Below, piece by piece: positions 19,805 through 30,380 of a stretch of 64,000 nt of DNA (positions are counted from its first letter, which is position 1; every line of letters begins with the position of its first letter). Location of the stretch: positions 6,336,001 through 6,400,000 of the forward strand of contig OY843751.1 in assembly GCA_963693055.1 (NCBI GenBank), written 5' to 3'. Under the pieces are notes generated by a model, which saw only the letters and a program-made list of their open reading frames with translations, was not told the origin of the DNA and searched no databases. The DNA comes from a bacterium. GTDB taxonomy: Bacteria; Zhuqueibacterota; Zhuqueibacteria; Residuimicrobiales; Krinioviventaceae. The translations under genes were made by a program, and so were the position numbers.

Positions 19805-20692
19805 ATGTTGAATATCAAAAAAGTTAAATTTGTTTTAAATCCAAAATCGGGATTAATTCAGAGTCCGTTGATCTTTCGTAATATTATTGAATCTGCTATT
19901 CACGGTGCAGAATTTGAATATGATTTTCAGGAAACAGAATACCGTGGACATGCAAAAAAAATTGCATCAGATGCCGCTAAAAATGGATACGATGTGGTTG
20001 TAGCTATTGGCGGAGATGGAACGGCAAACGAAGTCTGTACTGGTGTTTTACATACTGATACTGCTGCGGCAATCATCCCTATTGGTTCAGGCAATGGATT
20101 GGCAAGAAATTTGGGAATTCCGCTGGCAGCAAACAAGGCTGCAAAATTATTGCTGGATGGTAAAGTCAAAACCATTGACGCAGGCAAGATACAAGATCGG
20201 TACTTTTTTATTGTAACCGGTATGGGATTTGACGCAATTATTGGTAAGATCTTTGACGAAGGAAATATACGCGGACCTGTACCCTATTTTTATATCGGGT
20301 TTAGAGAATTTTTTATGTATAAACCCGAAGTGTTTATTTTAAAATTTGACGGCAAACAGGTAGCAGTGCCCGCACTTTTGGTTACTATTGCCAATCAGCG
20401 ACAGTGGGGTGTAGGTGCCATTATCTCTCCCAAAGCTGACCCTGAAGACGGTTTGCTGGATGTTTGCGTTTTACACCGGGTCAATTTTTTCTATGGTCTC
20501 TTTCATTTACCTAAAATTTTTACCGGCAAGATAGACAAGATAAGGAAATATGATCGTTACCAGACCAAAGAGTTGACAGTGGTAAGAGAACAAGCCGGCC
20601 CGTTTCATTACGATGGAGAGCCGGTAGATGCGGGTACTGAACTAAAAATTTCGGTTGTGCCCAAAGCGTTGAAAATTATTGTTCCGTCATGA
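19805..20692 (+). CDS. Diacylglycerol/lipid kinase family (YegS/BmrU)
   Basis: NPKSG, GGDGTANE, PIGSGNGLAR, GFDA, DGE. Confidence 0.92.
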   Translation: MLNIKKVKFVLNPKSGLIQSPLIFRNIIESAIHGAEFEYDFQETEYRGHAKKIASDAAKNGYDVVVAIGGDGTANEVCTGVLHTDTAAAIIPIGSGNGLARNLGIPLAANKAAKLLLDGKVKTIDAGKIQDRYFFIVTGMGFDAIIGKIFDEGNIRGPVPYFYIGFREFFMYKPEVFILKFDGKQVAVPALLVTIANQRQWGVGAIISPKADPEDGLLDVCVLHRVNFFYGLFHLPKIFTGKIDKIRKYDRYQTKELTVVREQAGPFHYDGEPVDAGTELKISVVPKALKIIVPS

Positions 20693-20758
20693 TTACAAGT
20701 GTGGAACATTTTTACTTCTTTTCCGTCTATAAATTAGTTTCGCTTGCCGGAGAAATTC

Positions 20759-21682
20759 ATGACTTTTATTAAAAATATTTTAATGGGCTTGTTTGTGCTG
20801 ATTATTTCAGCAGGCGTGTTTTTTTATCTTGTTAAAGATCAGCCTGTTAAAGACAATATTTTAAAAACTACGCTTGAACTGTTTGGTGATGATCTTTTTG
20901 CAATGTACCCGGATGGTGAGCAAAAAGAAAAATTGCGACAAAAGTATGATGTATTTTTAAAACGCACAGAAGAAGATGAGGTACCCCAGGAAGAAATTGA
21001 ACGCGTTGCCGCGGGTATTTTAAACTTTACTTCAATGGAGCACAGACTGCCTCCCGAGCTGGTTATGCAATTTCTGGATGGTGCTGCTTTGGATTCTATT
21101 ACCAACGATTCTCTACAACCTCTGGCTGCACGTGACCGTTCGATGCGCCCTATGATGCCTGGTAACCCCCGTTTTCCGTTTCCCCCAAAACGCCCTGATC
21201 ATGTGGAATGGGACCCTGAATCTAAAAAAGAATTTGCAGAACATTTAAAAGAGATTAAACTATTCCACGAAGAAATGCAGCGTTTGTGGGAGAATGACTC
21301 TACCATGCGGGATTTGCAAAATCAGGTTTTTTTCAGTGCAGACAGTGGGCTAAAGGTTACAATAGATGTAAATATGCGCGATCTGATGCAGCAGCGTGCA
21401 GATAAAATGGAAAAATTAAAAGACCTTGAGAAACAACGAATTATTGTGTGGAACCAGCAGCAAATCGATGAAAAACAACTGCAGGCTATCAAGCTGGGTT
21501 TGCAGCACATACCCGGTGTGGGGAAAGAATTAAAAGCAGTTATCGAGTTGACTGACTTGCCTGATTCACTTTTACACAATTATCATTACGAATTCAACAC
21601 TGATTCACTTGAAAAGGTTATTGAATTACGTCTTGAGGAACTAATTGAAAGAAATCTACAAGAACTGGATTCACTCCAATAA
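20759..21682 (+). CDS. Hypothetical membrane-anchored helical protein
   Basis: N-terminal TM helix, Pro-rich linker. Confidence 0.6.
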   Translation: MTFIKNILMGLFVLIISAGVFFYLVKDQPVKDNILKTTLELFGDDLFAMYPDGEQKEKLRQKYDVFLKRTEEDEVPQEEIERVAAGILNFTSMEHRLPPELVMQFLDGAALDSITNDSLQPLAARDRSMRPMMPGNPRFPFPPKRPDHVEWDPESKKEFAEHLKEIKLFHEEMQRLWENDSTMRDLQNQVFFSADSGLKVTIDVNMRDLMQQRADKMEKLKDLEKQRIIVWNQQQIDEKQLQAIKLGLQHIPGVGKELKAVIELTDLPDSLLHNYHYEFNTDSLEKVIELRLEELIERNLQELDSLQ

Positions 21683-21697
21683 ACCTAAAATAATAAA

Positions 21698-23386
21698 TTA
21701 CAGGTTCCCGGCTAAAACCAATGTTCCTGTTTGTTTTTCTGTTATCCCTTTTCCTGATTCAATGCATTCCAAAAGAACAATATAAATACCCATTCTACAG
21801 CATATACCTTCATCATCCAGACCATCCCAAAAGACTGTACCTTGAGCGGCACAACTTTCATTGTTACATAAAAATCTGACTTGTCTGCCTACACTGTCAA
21901 ATATTCGAATGTTGATTTTTGAGGTATAGCGGGGAAGAATATAATTGATGCCTGCATAGTCTTCGTGCCCATCACCATCAGGAGAAAAGGGGCTGGGAGA
22001 TATTTGGATGCTTGAAGCGGTTGGCAGCATATCGGTATAGATACTGTTGGACAGTCCTGCCGAATGGCCGTTTGTATTTACACAGCTCTTCCAGTTTCTG
22101 TATTCATTACTCTCTGATAGAGGATTCAACCGTTCCAACGAGATCCCTTTGGCGCCTCCCCAGGATTCGTAATATTCCACATACTCTACAAGCGAGCCGA
22201 TGGCATCCCGCAATGCAATGCTGTCCGCGTCGTTAACCAGTCCCGGAAATGACAGAGGAACCAGAACATTGGTTTCCTGAGATAAAAAAGGTACAATTGT
22301 GCTGTCATCTGCAATTACCGCAAAGCTTTGAGAGGGAAGCCAAAACGGTGTATGGGTGAATGTTTTTGCTTCTCCCTGATTGTCATAATACATCCAGTTT
22401 TGCAGGTTGATATCCTTTTGGCTGGAGTTATAAATTTCAAACCATTCAGGCATATCCGGTTGAGGCGAGTACATGATCTCATTCACAATGACAGAACCTT
22501 TTGGGTATCCTCCAATAATCTGTAGAGAGTCAAGATTGTTATCCGGATTTTCATCTTTTTCACATACCAGCTCAGCGGTTATATAGAAAATGCCATTCGG
22601 AAAATCATTCCATTCTAATCCAAGTGTTGCGGATTCGTCCGGTTCCAGCATTGAAAAGACAATTCCGTCTTTAATTTTTTGATATGGACCCTCCTGGTTG
22701 CATGACCATGAAAACACTATTTCCGCAGCGTCTATTGTCTGTGCACCTTTGTTAATAACAGTTATTTCAAGATCAAGGGGTTGGCCAGATTGAGGAGGAT
22801 TGGGAAGAATGTTTATTGATCCTTTAACAATAGCAGGATCGATGGCTTTGAGCGAGATAGAGTTTCTGTAGCCAGGTGTACCATTCATTATTGTGCTGTG
22901 TCCCCAACTGTTTTGATCATACCGTATGCGTTCTTCTGAAATTCCATCATCATTCGGGATTGTATATTGGAACGAATCTACCATGGTACTATCGGGTTTG
23001 TATAAAAAAACAGTCTCTGCTCTGGTATTTGACAGACCATAGGCGCCAATCTGTGAGTGGTTGATGGTAAGAACCAGGCAATCTTGAGGGATTTGATTGT
23101 CATATTCAGTACTGTTGATAAAATAGTTTTCAACCAGTACAAGGGCATACTGGCCGGGAGCCAGTAAGGTATGTTCATTATGGGCAATTAGAATACTGGT
23201 GCGATCGGCATCGCCAATCAACCAGCCATTGATATCTATTGTTTCGGAACGACTTGAATTATAAAGTTCAATAAATTCATTGTAACGTTCATTCCCTTGA
23301 GGATTAAACATAATTTCAGATAAAAATATCTCTGAATAACATACTGCGGACAACAACAACACGAAAACTGCAGGTACTATTTTCAT
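21698..23386 (-). CDS. Secreted lamin-tail-domain protein with CARDB and FlgD-like C-terminal domain
   Basis: Two EIM.P..E.IE.YN LTD motifs, GTPG..NS, C-terminal PSPFSPDGDG. Confidence 0.85.
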   Translation of the reverse strand: MKIVPAVFVLLLSAVCYSEIFLSEIMFNPQGNERYNEFIELYNSSRSETIDINGWLIGDADRTSILIAHNEHTLLAPGQYALVLVENYFINSTEYDNQIPQDCLVLTINHSQIGAYGLSNTRAETVFLYKPDSTMVDSFQYTIPNDDGISEERIRYDQNSWGHSTIMNGTPGYRNSISLKAIDPAIVKGSINILPNPPQSGQPLDLEITVINKGAQTIDAAEIVFSWSCNQEGPYQKIKDGIVFSMLEPDESATLGLEWNDFPNGIFYITAELVCEKDENPDNNLDSLQIIGGYPKGSVIVNEIMYSPQPDMPEWFEIYNSSQKDINLQNWMYYDNQGEAKTFTHTPFWLPSQSFAVIADDSTIVPFLSQETNVLVPLSFPGLVNDADSIALRDAIGSLVEYVEYYESWGGAKGISLERLNPLSESNEYRNWKSCVNTNGHSAGLSNSIYTDMLPTASSIQISPSPFSPDGDGHEDYAGINYILPRYTSKINIRIFDSVGRQVRFLCNNESCAAQGTVFWDGLDDEGICCRMGIYIVLLECIESGKGITEKQTGTLVLAGNL

Positions 23387-23398
23387 GGCGTATTTCCG

Positions 23399-24763
23399 TT
23401 AAGAGTTCGCTTCTTTTCCCTTTAAAATATCTAACAGTGTTTTTTTGTTAAAAGATTTTCTGTACGAAGTCAGAAAAGTATTCGTTAGAGACGTTACAGT
23501 TTTATCGTATTGAGATTCCTGTTCATTGTGTAAACGGTTTGTACCAAAATTGTTAATCTGCTGCAATACATCCGAGATTTGCAATTTGTCCAGGCTCCTG
23601 GCTGGTGTGTAAGCAGAGGGAACGCTTTCAATAACATTGATTAGCTTTTGTTCACTCAGCATGTTCAGCAATTCACTGGTTAGCGGTTCTGGGATGTTGA
23701 ATGTATCTGTTATATCATGAGCAGATGGTGCCTTTTCCCCGAGATAAAAACGCTCGGAGATCAGCAGCATGATCTTGAGCGCGGTTTGGATTTTAATATT
23801 ATGACTGTAATTGGTATCACGCAGTTCCCAGGTGATCTTGTTTACATTTTGATTAACATAAGAGACCTCAACACCCAATAATACAATGGCCCAACTCATG
23901 AACATCCAAACCAGAAAAAGCGGTAATGTGGCAAAACCGGCATATACCGCAGCTTTGGCTCCAAACTGGTATGAAGAAACAATAAAATGCGCAAAGAAAT
24001 AATTACTGATCATCCACAAAGAACCGCCCACAATAGCACCCATAAACGCGGAACCGGTTTTGACTTTGGTGTTGGGAACATATGAGATGATGAAATAAAA
24101 AAACAGCCAGGTGATTAAAATGGGTATGGTTTTGTTGATCAAAAATGGTACACCGGGAATCTTGTTGATAGCCTGAACAATAAACAGACTTTGCATTGAA
24201 GCGGTTACACCCAGAAAGGCAAAGACCAGTAAAGGTCCCAGCATCAGCACACTCAGATAATCGGTAAAACGGCGATGAATGCTGCGAACCTGACGAATCT
24301 TCCATACATCGTTAAAGGCGCGTTCAATATTGTTGACAATAGAAAGTACAGACAGAAACAATAATAAAAAGCCTACGGTTCCCAAAGCGCCAACATTGAC
24401 ATGGTTGACAAGTTTGATAATGTTTTCAACCAAAGTCTTTACAGCTTGGTCACCTAATGGGCTGAACAATTGATCAAGGGCGGGCTCTAGTTTGTTGTCA
24501 TACCCAAATCCTTTTAACAAAGAAAACAAGACTGCTAACAGAGGTACTATGGAAAGTAGAGTGGCATATACCAAAGCCGAAGCCCGTACCAATAGTCTGT
24601 CTTGAATGAAAGCGCGTCCCACCAAAAAAACTACCAATAGTTGGTGATACCCCAATGCCCTTGCGCGAGAAATTTTGCTGAAATCCAATACCCAAAGATC
24701 GTGGATAAAAAACTGTTTAAGCGATTTTAATACTTGAATTATTTGTAATATAAATTTTTTCAA
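23399..24763 (-). CDS. YihY/BrkB family membrane protein with C-terminal Rrf2-like HTH
   Basis: RASALVYATLLSIVP, IERAFNDVW, YAGFATLPLFLVW. Confidence 0.9.
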   Translation of the reverse strand: MKKFILQIIQVLKSLKQFFIHDLWVLDFSKISRARALGYHQLLVVFLVGRAFIQDRLLVRASALVYATLLSIVPLLAVLFSLLKGFGYDNKLEPALDQLFSPLGDQAVKTLVENIIKLVNHVNVGALGTVGFLLLFLSVLSIVNNIERAFNDVWKIRQVRSIHRRFTDYLSVLMLGPLLVFAFLGVTASMQSLFIVQAINKIPGVPFLINKTIPILITWLFFYFIISYVPNTKVKTGSAFMGAIVGGSLWMISNYFFAHFIVSSYQFGAKAAVYAGFATLPLFLVWMFMSWAIVLLGVEVSYVNQNVNKITWELRDTNYSHNIKIQTALKIMLLISERFYLGEKAPSAHDITDTFNIPEPLTSELLNMLSEQKLINVIESVPSAYTPARSLDKLQISDVLQQINNFGTNRLHNEQESQYDKTVTSLTNTFLTSYRKSFNKKTLLDILKGKEANS

Positions 24764-24857
24764 ATGTGAACCAATAGTTTGTATTTATCAGGTTTAATGA
24801 TAAATTATACAAATAGCTACTTCAAAATGCAAGTTAAATGAACATTAGGATTGAAAT

Positions 24858-25826
24858 ATGAAATATAGAACTTTGGGTAACTCTGAACTTGATATATCCG
24901 TTATTGGATTGGGAACCTGGGCAATAGGTGGACCGGACTGGGAATATGGCTGGGGCAGTCAGGAAGATCGTGAATCGATACAGACCATTCACAAGGCTGT
25001 TGACAACGGTATCAACTGGCTCGATACCGCGGCAGTTTATGGCCTGGGCCATTCGGAAACTGTTGTTGGCAAAGCATTAAAAGAGATGAGTGAAAAGCCC
25101 TACGTTTTTACCAAATGCGCGCGTACCTGGAATGATAATCGGGAAATTGGACATAATCTGAAAAAAGAGAGTGTAAAAAAAGAGTGTGAAGACAGCCTGC
25201 GTCGTTTGGGTGTTGATGTGATTGATGTTTATCAAGTCCACTGGCCGGTGCCGGATGAAGACATAGAAGAGGGCTGGACCGCCATTGCGGAATTGATTGA
25301 GGAAGGTAAAGTCCGTTATGCCGGTACTTCGAATTTCAGTAAATCACAATTGCAGCGGGTACAATCCATACACCCGGTGATTTCTTTACAGCCACCTTAT
25401 AGCATGCTGGTAAGAGATATAGAAAAAGAAATTATGCCCTATTGTGGTGAAGAGAATATTGGTATGATCTGTTACAGTCCCATGTATAAAGGATTGTTAA
25501 CGGGTAAAATGACTCGTGAACGGGTTGAGGCTTTTGATGAAAATGATCACCGCAGCCGTGATCCACGTTTCAAGGAACCGGAATTGACTGCAAATCTGAA
25601 TCTAGTTGAAGGATTAAAGACCATTGCCGATCGTAATGATAAATCAGTTTTGCATCTGGCTATTGCATGGACATTGCGTCGCCCAGAAATGACGGCTGCA
25701 ATAGTTGGGGCCCGCAGACCTGATCAGATAGAGGGAATTATACCGGCAGGGGACTGGGAGTTGTCTGGAAAAGATATTGATGAAATTGATGTGTTATTGA
25801 AACAGCGGAATAATGATTTATCCTAA
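24858..25826 (+). CDS. Aldo/keto reductase
   Basis: GLGTWAIGG, DTAAVYG.GHSE, TKC, YQVHWP, QPPYS. Confidence 0.95.
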   Translation: MKYRTLGNSELDISVIGLGTWAIGGPDWEYGWGSQEDRESIQTIHKAVDNGINWLDTAAVYGLGHSETVVGKALKEMSEKPYVFTKCARTWNDNREIGHNLKKESVKKECEDSLRRLGVDVIDVYQVHWPVPDEDIEEGWTAIAELIEEGKVRYAGTSNFSKSQLQRVQSIHPVISLQPPYSMLVRDIEKEIMPYCGEENIGMICYSPMYKGLLTGKMTRERVEAFDENDHRSRDPRFKEPELTANLNLVEGLKTIADRNDKSVLHLAIAWTLRRPEMTAAIVGARRPDQIEGIIPAGDWELSGKDIDEIDVLLKQRNNDLS

Positions 25827-25831
25827 GCCTG

Positions 25832-25872
25832 CAAGGTATATCAGGTCATGGACTGATATGCCTTGTTTTTTT
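25832..25872 (+). terminator. Intrinsic terminator between convergent genes
   Basis: CAAGGTATATCAG/CTGATATGCCTTG followed by T7. Confidence 0.75.
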
Positions 25873-25878
25873 GATATA

Positions 25879-27870
25879 TCAAGTTTTAGATGTATCAAGA
25901 TTGAACCGTATCACAAATGTTGTGCCCCCATTGCGTTCCACTTTGATCTCACCATCAATTTGTTTGGCCAGTACAGTAATAAGATTTAGACCTAAGGATT
26001 CAATATTATTAATATCCATATCTTTAGGAAGACCAATTCCATTGTCTTTTACGCAAATTTCATACCCGTTTTTATTTACAGATTTAAACCATATTGAAAT
26101 ATTTCCGGATTCTGTATTGGGAAAGGCATGTTTAAAAGCATTGGTGATCAGTTCATTGAGAATTAGTCCACAGGGAATTGCATGGTTCACATCAAGTAAA
26201 ATGTCGTTAATGTGTAGATCGTAATGGATCTCTTTTTCAGGGGCATAAATATATTTTATTTCCCGGGAAATGTTTTGTATATAGGTTTTCATATCAATTC
26301 TTGAAAAATCATCGGTCTTGTACAACTGTTCATGAACCAGTGCGATAGAATATATCCGATTGCGGCTTTCCTTGAACGCTGTCAAAGCCTGATCTGTATT
26401 GGTGATTTTGGATGCCTGTAATGTCAACAGGCTGGATATTACATTGAGATTGTTCTTGACCCGATGATGAATTTCTTTGAGCAAGATCTCTTTTTCCACA
26501 AGACTTTTTTGGATCTGTTCTTCAAAGTTTTTCCGATCTGTAATGTCTACAATAATTCCACGCAAGCCTACAACTTTATCATTTAACAATATGGGGCTAG
26601 AGTATATCAAAACAGGAAAGGTTGTGCCATCTTTTTTTATTGCCGTGTATTCGTGGTCATTGCCAATGATCTCACCCTGTAATACCTTTTGAATGTTTTT
26701 CATGGCGCGTTCGCGTTCGCCAGGGATGATAATATCTATGGAGCTAATGCCATTATTAAAATCTTCTAAACTGTAATCAAATGTTTTAAATGCCTGTTTG
26801 TTGACAAAAGTTAATTTACCCTCAAGATCGGTTTCATATATGATTTGCGGTAAAAGTTTTGCCATTTCCTGAAATTTTGTTTCGCTGACTTGCAGTGCGT
26901 TCTCAATTTTTAATCTTTTTTCTTCTTCTTTGACAATTCTAACAGCACCAAACAGATAATAAGTATATACAATCCCAAAAACAAAGAGAATACCTGCTAT
27001 TAAGATCATTTTATGCTGAAAACTCTTGAGGGGAGAAAGTACATGGTTTTCTCTACCTGCAATTGAAATGGACCAGATTTTATTTGCAATATGAATGGGC
27101 GTATATGAAATTAACATTTTTTGGTTGGTTTTTGAGTCGAAATATTTTAAAGAGCCTTTTTCTCCATTTTTCATTTTTTCAATAATTTTGATAAAAGATG
27201 AATCCTGATCGGGCTGACTGATAAACTGGCTGCCAATGTGTTCTTTGTTTTTACAATACAATTCAGTTCCCTGTTCGCTTATCATCCATATGTTACTGTC
27301 ATTTCTGTTTTGTAAATTGTCCAGAAAATTATTAGCAATGTCTTCAAAGGGTATCAATACAGCTATGCTACCGGCATATGTATCACCATCCATAACGGGA
27401 ACATGATAAGCGATGCATCTATAGCCCTGCACCGCAGTGAAAACTTCACTTACAACCGGTTGATGGGTTTTCATTAAGGTCTGTATATGTTTTTGGTAGG
27501 TAAGGTCTGATCCTATTGCACTGTCGTTTGGTGGATATGTAAATGCAAGCTTGCCATCTGCATCTATTCTGGAGATTGTGAGAATTATATTTTCGTTTAT
27601 TCTATAATAATGCTCAAAAATGATATTTGTAAAATTGTCAAATTTTATTATGGGGAGTATTTTTGAATATTTGGTCAACTCTCGATGATAATATCCTATA
27701 TATTCCTGAATTCCTTTTGCTGCCTGATCTGCTAATAATGTTTGCTGATTGTTAAAGTCTTGAATCGTTCTTTCTTTAACATCTAAATATATGGCAAATA
27801 ATAGATAAATAATTGATAGAATAACTAGTAATCCAGAGATATATGTTATTCGTTTTGTATTTAACTTCAT
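25879..27870 (-). CDS. Membrane sensor histidine kinase (dCache-PAS-HisKA_2-HATPase)
   Basis: Two TM helices, PAS, EIHHRVKNNL, NELITNAFKHAF, DNGIG, SLGL. Confidence 0.92.
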   Translation of the reverse strand: MKLNTKRITYISGLLVILSIIYLLFAIYLDVKERTIQDFNNQQTLLADQAAKGIQEYIGYYHRELTKYSKILPIIKFDNFTNIIFEHYYRINENIILTISRIDADGKLAFTYPPNDSAIGSDLTYQKHIQTLMKTHQPVVSEVFTAVQGYRCIAYHVPVMDGDTYAGSIAVLIPFEDIANNFLDNLQNRNDSNIWMISEQGTELYCKNKEHIGSQFISQPDQDSSFIKIIEKMKNGEKGSLKYFDSKTNQKMLISYTPIHIANKIWSISIAGRENHVLSPLKSFQHKMILIAGILFVFGIVYTYYLFGAVRIVKEEEKRLKIENALQVSETKFQEMAKLLPQIIYETDLEGKLTFVNKQAFKTFDYSLEDFNNGISSIDIIIPGERERAMKNIQKVLQGEIIGNDHEYTAIKKDGTTFPVLIYSSPILLNDKVVGLRGIIVDITDRKNFEEQIQKSLVEKEILLKEIHHRVKNNLNVISSLLTLQASKITNTDQALTAFKESRNRIYSIALVHEQLYKTDDFSRIDMKTYIQNISREIKYIYAPEKEIHYDLHINDILLDVNHAIPCGLILNELITNAFKHAFPNTESGNISIWFKSVNKNGYEICVKDNGIGLPKDMDINNIESLGLNLITVLAKQIDGEIKVERNGGTTFVIRFNLDTSKT

Positions 27871-27894
27871 ATTGTTTTCCAGTAACTGCAAGTA

Positions 27895-28338
27895 TTATTG
27901 ATCATTGAAACAATCTATCAATTGATCATCGTTATCAGCATTGAGCAGGCATTCTCTTTTTTCATTGTTTTTAACAATCAACATAAGTTGGGATAATAAT
28001 TTTAGATATTGCGTGTGAGAATTGGGAGGAACTCCTATTAGAAAAACGATGGAAACCGGAGCTTTGTCTATGGATTCCCATTCAACTGAAGTTTTGAGTA
28101 AACCGGTGAGGATGATAAAGTCGTTGCAGTCTGGAATTGTTGCATGGGGAATAGCAACACCCAAACCTATACCCGTACTGAGTATTGACTCTCTTTCATC
28201 AATGGCCCGTTTGAATTGAATACGCTTCTGTTCATCCAAAATACTGGACGAGTTGATCAGTTCATTCAATACACCATGTTTGTCTGTACTACTTAGAAAG
28301 AAAATAGTTTCTTTGGTAATATAATCATTAATTTTCAT
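27895..28338 (-). CDS. PTS EIIA-domain protein (Ntr/Fru type)
   Basis: ERE..STGIGLGVAIPHA with the phospho-His retained. Confidence 0.92.
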   Translation of the reverse strand: MKINDYITKETIFFLSSTDKHGVLNELINSSSILDEQKRIQFKRAIDERESILSTGIGLGVAIPHATIPDCNDFIILTGLLKTSVEWESIDKAPVSIVFLIGVPPNSHTQYLKLLSQLMLIVKNNEKRECLLNADNDDQLIDCFNDQ

Positions 28339-30121
28339 CAGTTGGTTTTTCCTCTTTGTGTTTTACACGAGCAACACCTTCAAAGATGAGTTTTTCTTCA
28401 CCATCAAGCGTTACCATTTGTCCGTCTTTGAGGGTCTCTGTTGCTTTATATGCTCCGGCAAGGGCAACAAGTTCCGGGTTTATACTGTGTATCTCTTCCC
28501 AACTGATGGAAGAAAATTCTTCCAGTATGTAACCTTTAATTTTTGAAAGTATGGGTTTGTACAGCTCATCTATATATTTTGCCAGCAGAATCTCTGTACC
28601 GTCTCCTTTGATTCGTTCTTTGGCCTCAAGAACATCTTTGACCTTGACAATTTTACCGGAAACGGTTTTGCCATAACCGCGCAGACTTTTACCCAAAACA
28701 TTGGCAATCAGATGAACGCGAATGGTATTGAGCATGATGGGAGAGTTTATTGGTACGCCGGCAAGAATAACAAGCTTGTCAAAGGGGTTCAATAAATCAT
28801 GTTTTATTCCTTTTTCAATGGCGTTTTCTAGCATTGAATCAGAATCGCTTGTTACTTCCGAGATTATTGAATAGACGCCCCAGTATAGCAGCAATTTTCT
28901 TCTGACATGTTCATAAGGTGTAACCGCAAGAATATATTGGTCTGGTCTGTATTTGCTGATGAGTTTGGGTGTGTTTCCATGCAGAGATGGGGTTAAAATA
29001 GCATTTGCGCCTATATCTTTGGCTGTAAAGTAAGCTGATCTGGCTACTGTATCTGCCATATTGTTTTTCATTGGCAATTTTACACATTCACGAAGCCGAG
29101 ATTTATATTCATCAGATTTTTCAATTTGTAAGGCTATTTTGTTCATCATTTCAACGGTTTTGCTGGGATATTTACCGCTTGCCGTCTCTCCCGAAAGCAT
29201 AATTGCATCGGTACCGTCCAAAATTGCGTTGGCTACATCTGTTACCTCTGCTCGGGTGGGTGAGGGATTGTCTATCATGGAATCCAGCATCTGGGTGGCA
29301 ACGATAACAGGTTTGTTGTGCATGTTACATTTACGGATAATACGTTTTTGCACAAGGGGTATTTCTTCCGGAGGTAATTGTACCCCCAAATCACCACGGG
29401 CTACCATAACTCCATTTGCGACCCGGATGATCTCGTCAATATTATCCAACCCTTCCTGATCTTCAACTTTGGCAATAATATCAATGTCAACATCACAGAT
29501 GTCAATAATTCCCCGGATTTCTTTAATATCACTGGGTTTACGTACAAAGGATGCCGCAATAAAATCTACTTGGTTTTCAATGCCAAACATAATGTCTTTG
29601 ATGTCTTTTTCGGTAATGGCCGGGAGTGATGTTCTTACGCCAACCACATTGACATTTTTACGACTGCCAATTTCTGCGCCACTCCGGATGATACAGTGGA
29701 TATCGAAATTTGAGACTTTTTCAACTTCCAGATCAACAAGTCCATCTGCAATATATATATGTTTGCCTGCAGAGATCTCACCGGGCAGGGCTTTGTACGA
29801 AATGCTGAGCCGTTCCGCAGTACCTTCAACCTCTTCGGTTGTCAGAATTATATGCTTTCCTCTTTCGAGGTTGATTTTTTTATTATCTTTAACAATGCCG
29901 GTGCGTATTTCGGGACCTTTTGTGTCCAGCAGCAATGCTACGGGTATGGATGTTTGACGGCTTGCTTCTCTCAACATATCCATATTGTTCTTGTGATACT
30001 CGTGATCACCATGAGAAAAGTTGAATCGTGCAATGTTCATTCCGGATATTAATAATTGTTTCATAATATCGACATTGCTGACTGCCGGACCCATGGTGCA
30101 TATAATTTTTGTTTTGCGCAT
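28328..30121 (-). CDS. pyk: Pyruvate kinase with C-terminal PEP-utiliser-like domain
   Basis: RKTKIICTMGP, RFNFSHG, DTKGPEIR, MVARGDLG, ATQMLDSM, MLSGETA. Confidence 0.97.
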   Translation of the reverse strand: MRKTKIICTMGPAVSNVDIMKQLLISGMNIARFNFSHGDHEYHKNNMDMLREASRQTSIPVALLLDTKGPEIRTGIVKDNKKINLERGKHIILTTEEVEGTAERLSISYKALPGEISAGKHIYIADGLVDLEVEKVSNFDIHCIIRSGAEIGSRKNVNVVGVRTSLPAITEKDIKDIMFGIENQVDFIAASFVRKPSDIKEIRGIIDICDVDIDIIAKVEDQEGLDNIDEIIRVANGVMVARGDLGVQLPPEEIPLVQKRIIRKCNMHNKPVIVATQMLDSMIDNPSPTRAEVTDVANAILDGTDAIMLSGETASGKYPSKTVEMMNKIALQIEKSDEYKSRLRECVKLPMKNNMADTVARSAYFTAKDIGANAILTPSLHGNTPKLISKYRPDQYILAVTPYEHVRRKLLLYWGVYSIISEVTSDSDSMLENAIEKGIKHDLLNPFDKLVILAGVPINSPIMLNTIRVHLIANVLGKSLRGYGKTVSGKIVKVKDVLEAKERIKGDGTEILLAKYIDELYKPILSKIKGYILEEFSSISWEEIHSINPELVALAGAYKATETLKDGQMVTLDGEEKLIFEGVARVKHKEEKPTDEN

Positions 30122-30131
30122 ATTTATCCTC

Positions 30132-30163
30132 AAATTGTAAATTTTACCATAAATTTACAATTT
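30132..30163. promoter_or_regulatory. Perfect 13-bp inverted repeat adjoining the pyk RBS
   Basis: AAATTGTAAATTT-taccat-AAATTTACAATTT. Confidence 0.55.
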
Positions 30164-30346
30164 AATGTGAAAATTGTACTTGGTTTTATGTTAATATTTA
30201 GTAAAGATAGTACAACAACTGGAAAATAGCAAATGTTATACCAATTTTTTTTTGCAATTTAGGCAAGTCTGAATAGTTTCAGGCGAGTTTGTAAAAAATA
30301 CAGTTAACAGCATATTTTGTGATAAGAACAGGAATAACTTGATATC

Positions 30347-30374
30347 TCCCCGTACTTTTGGGGTGGTACGGGGA
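30347..30374 (-). terminator. GC hairpin after the heparinase-like gene (possible terminator)
   Basis: TCCCCGTAC/GTACGGGGA stem; weak U tail. Confidence 0.5.
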
Positions 30375-30380
30375 AGATGA

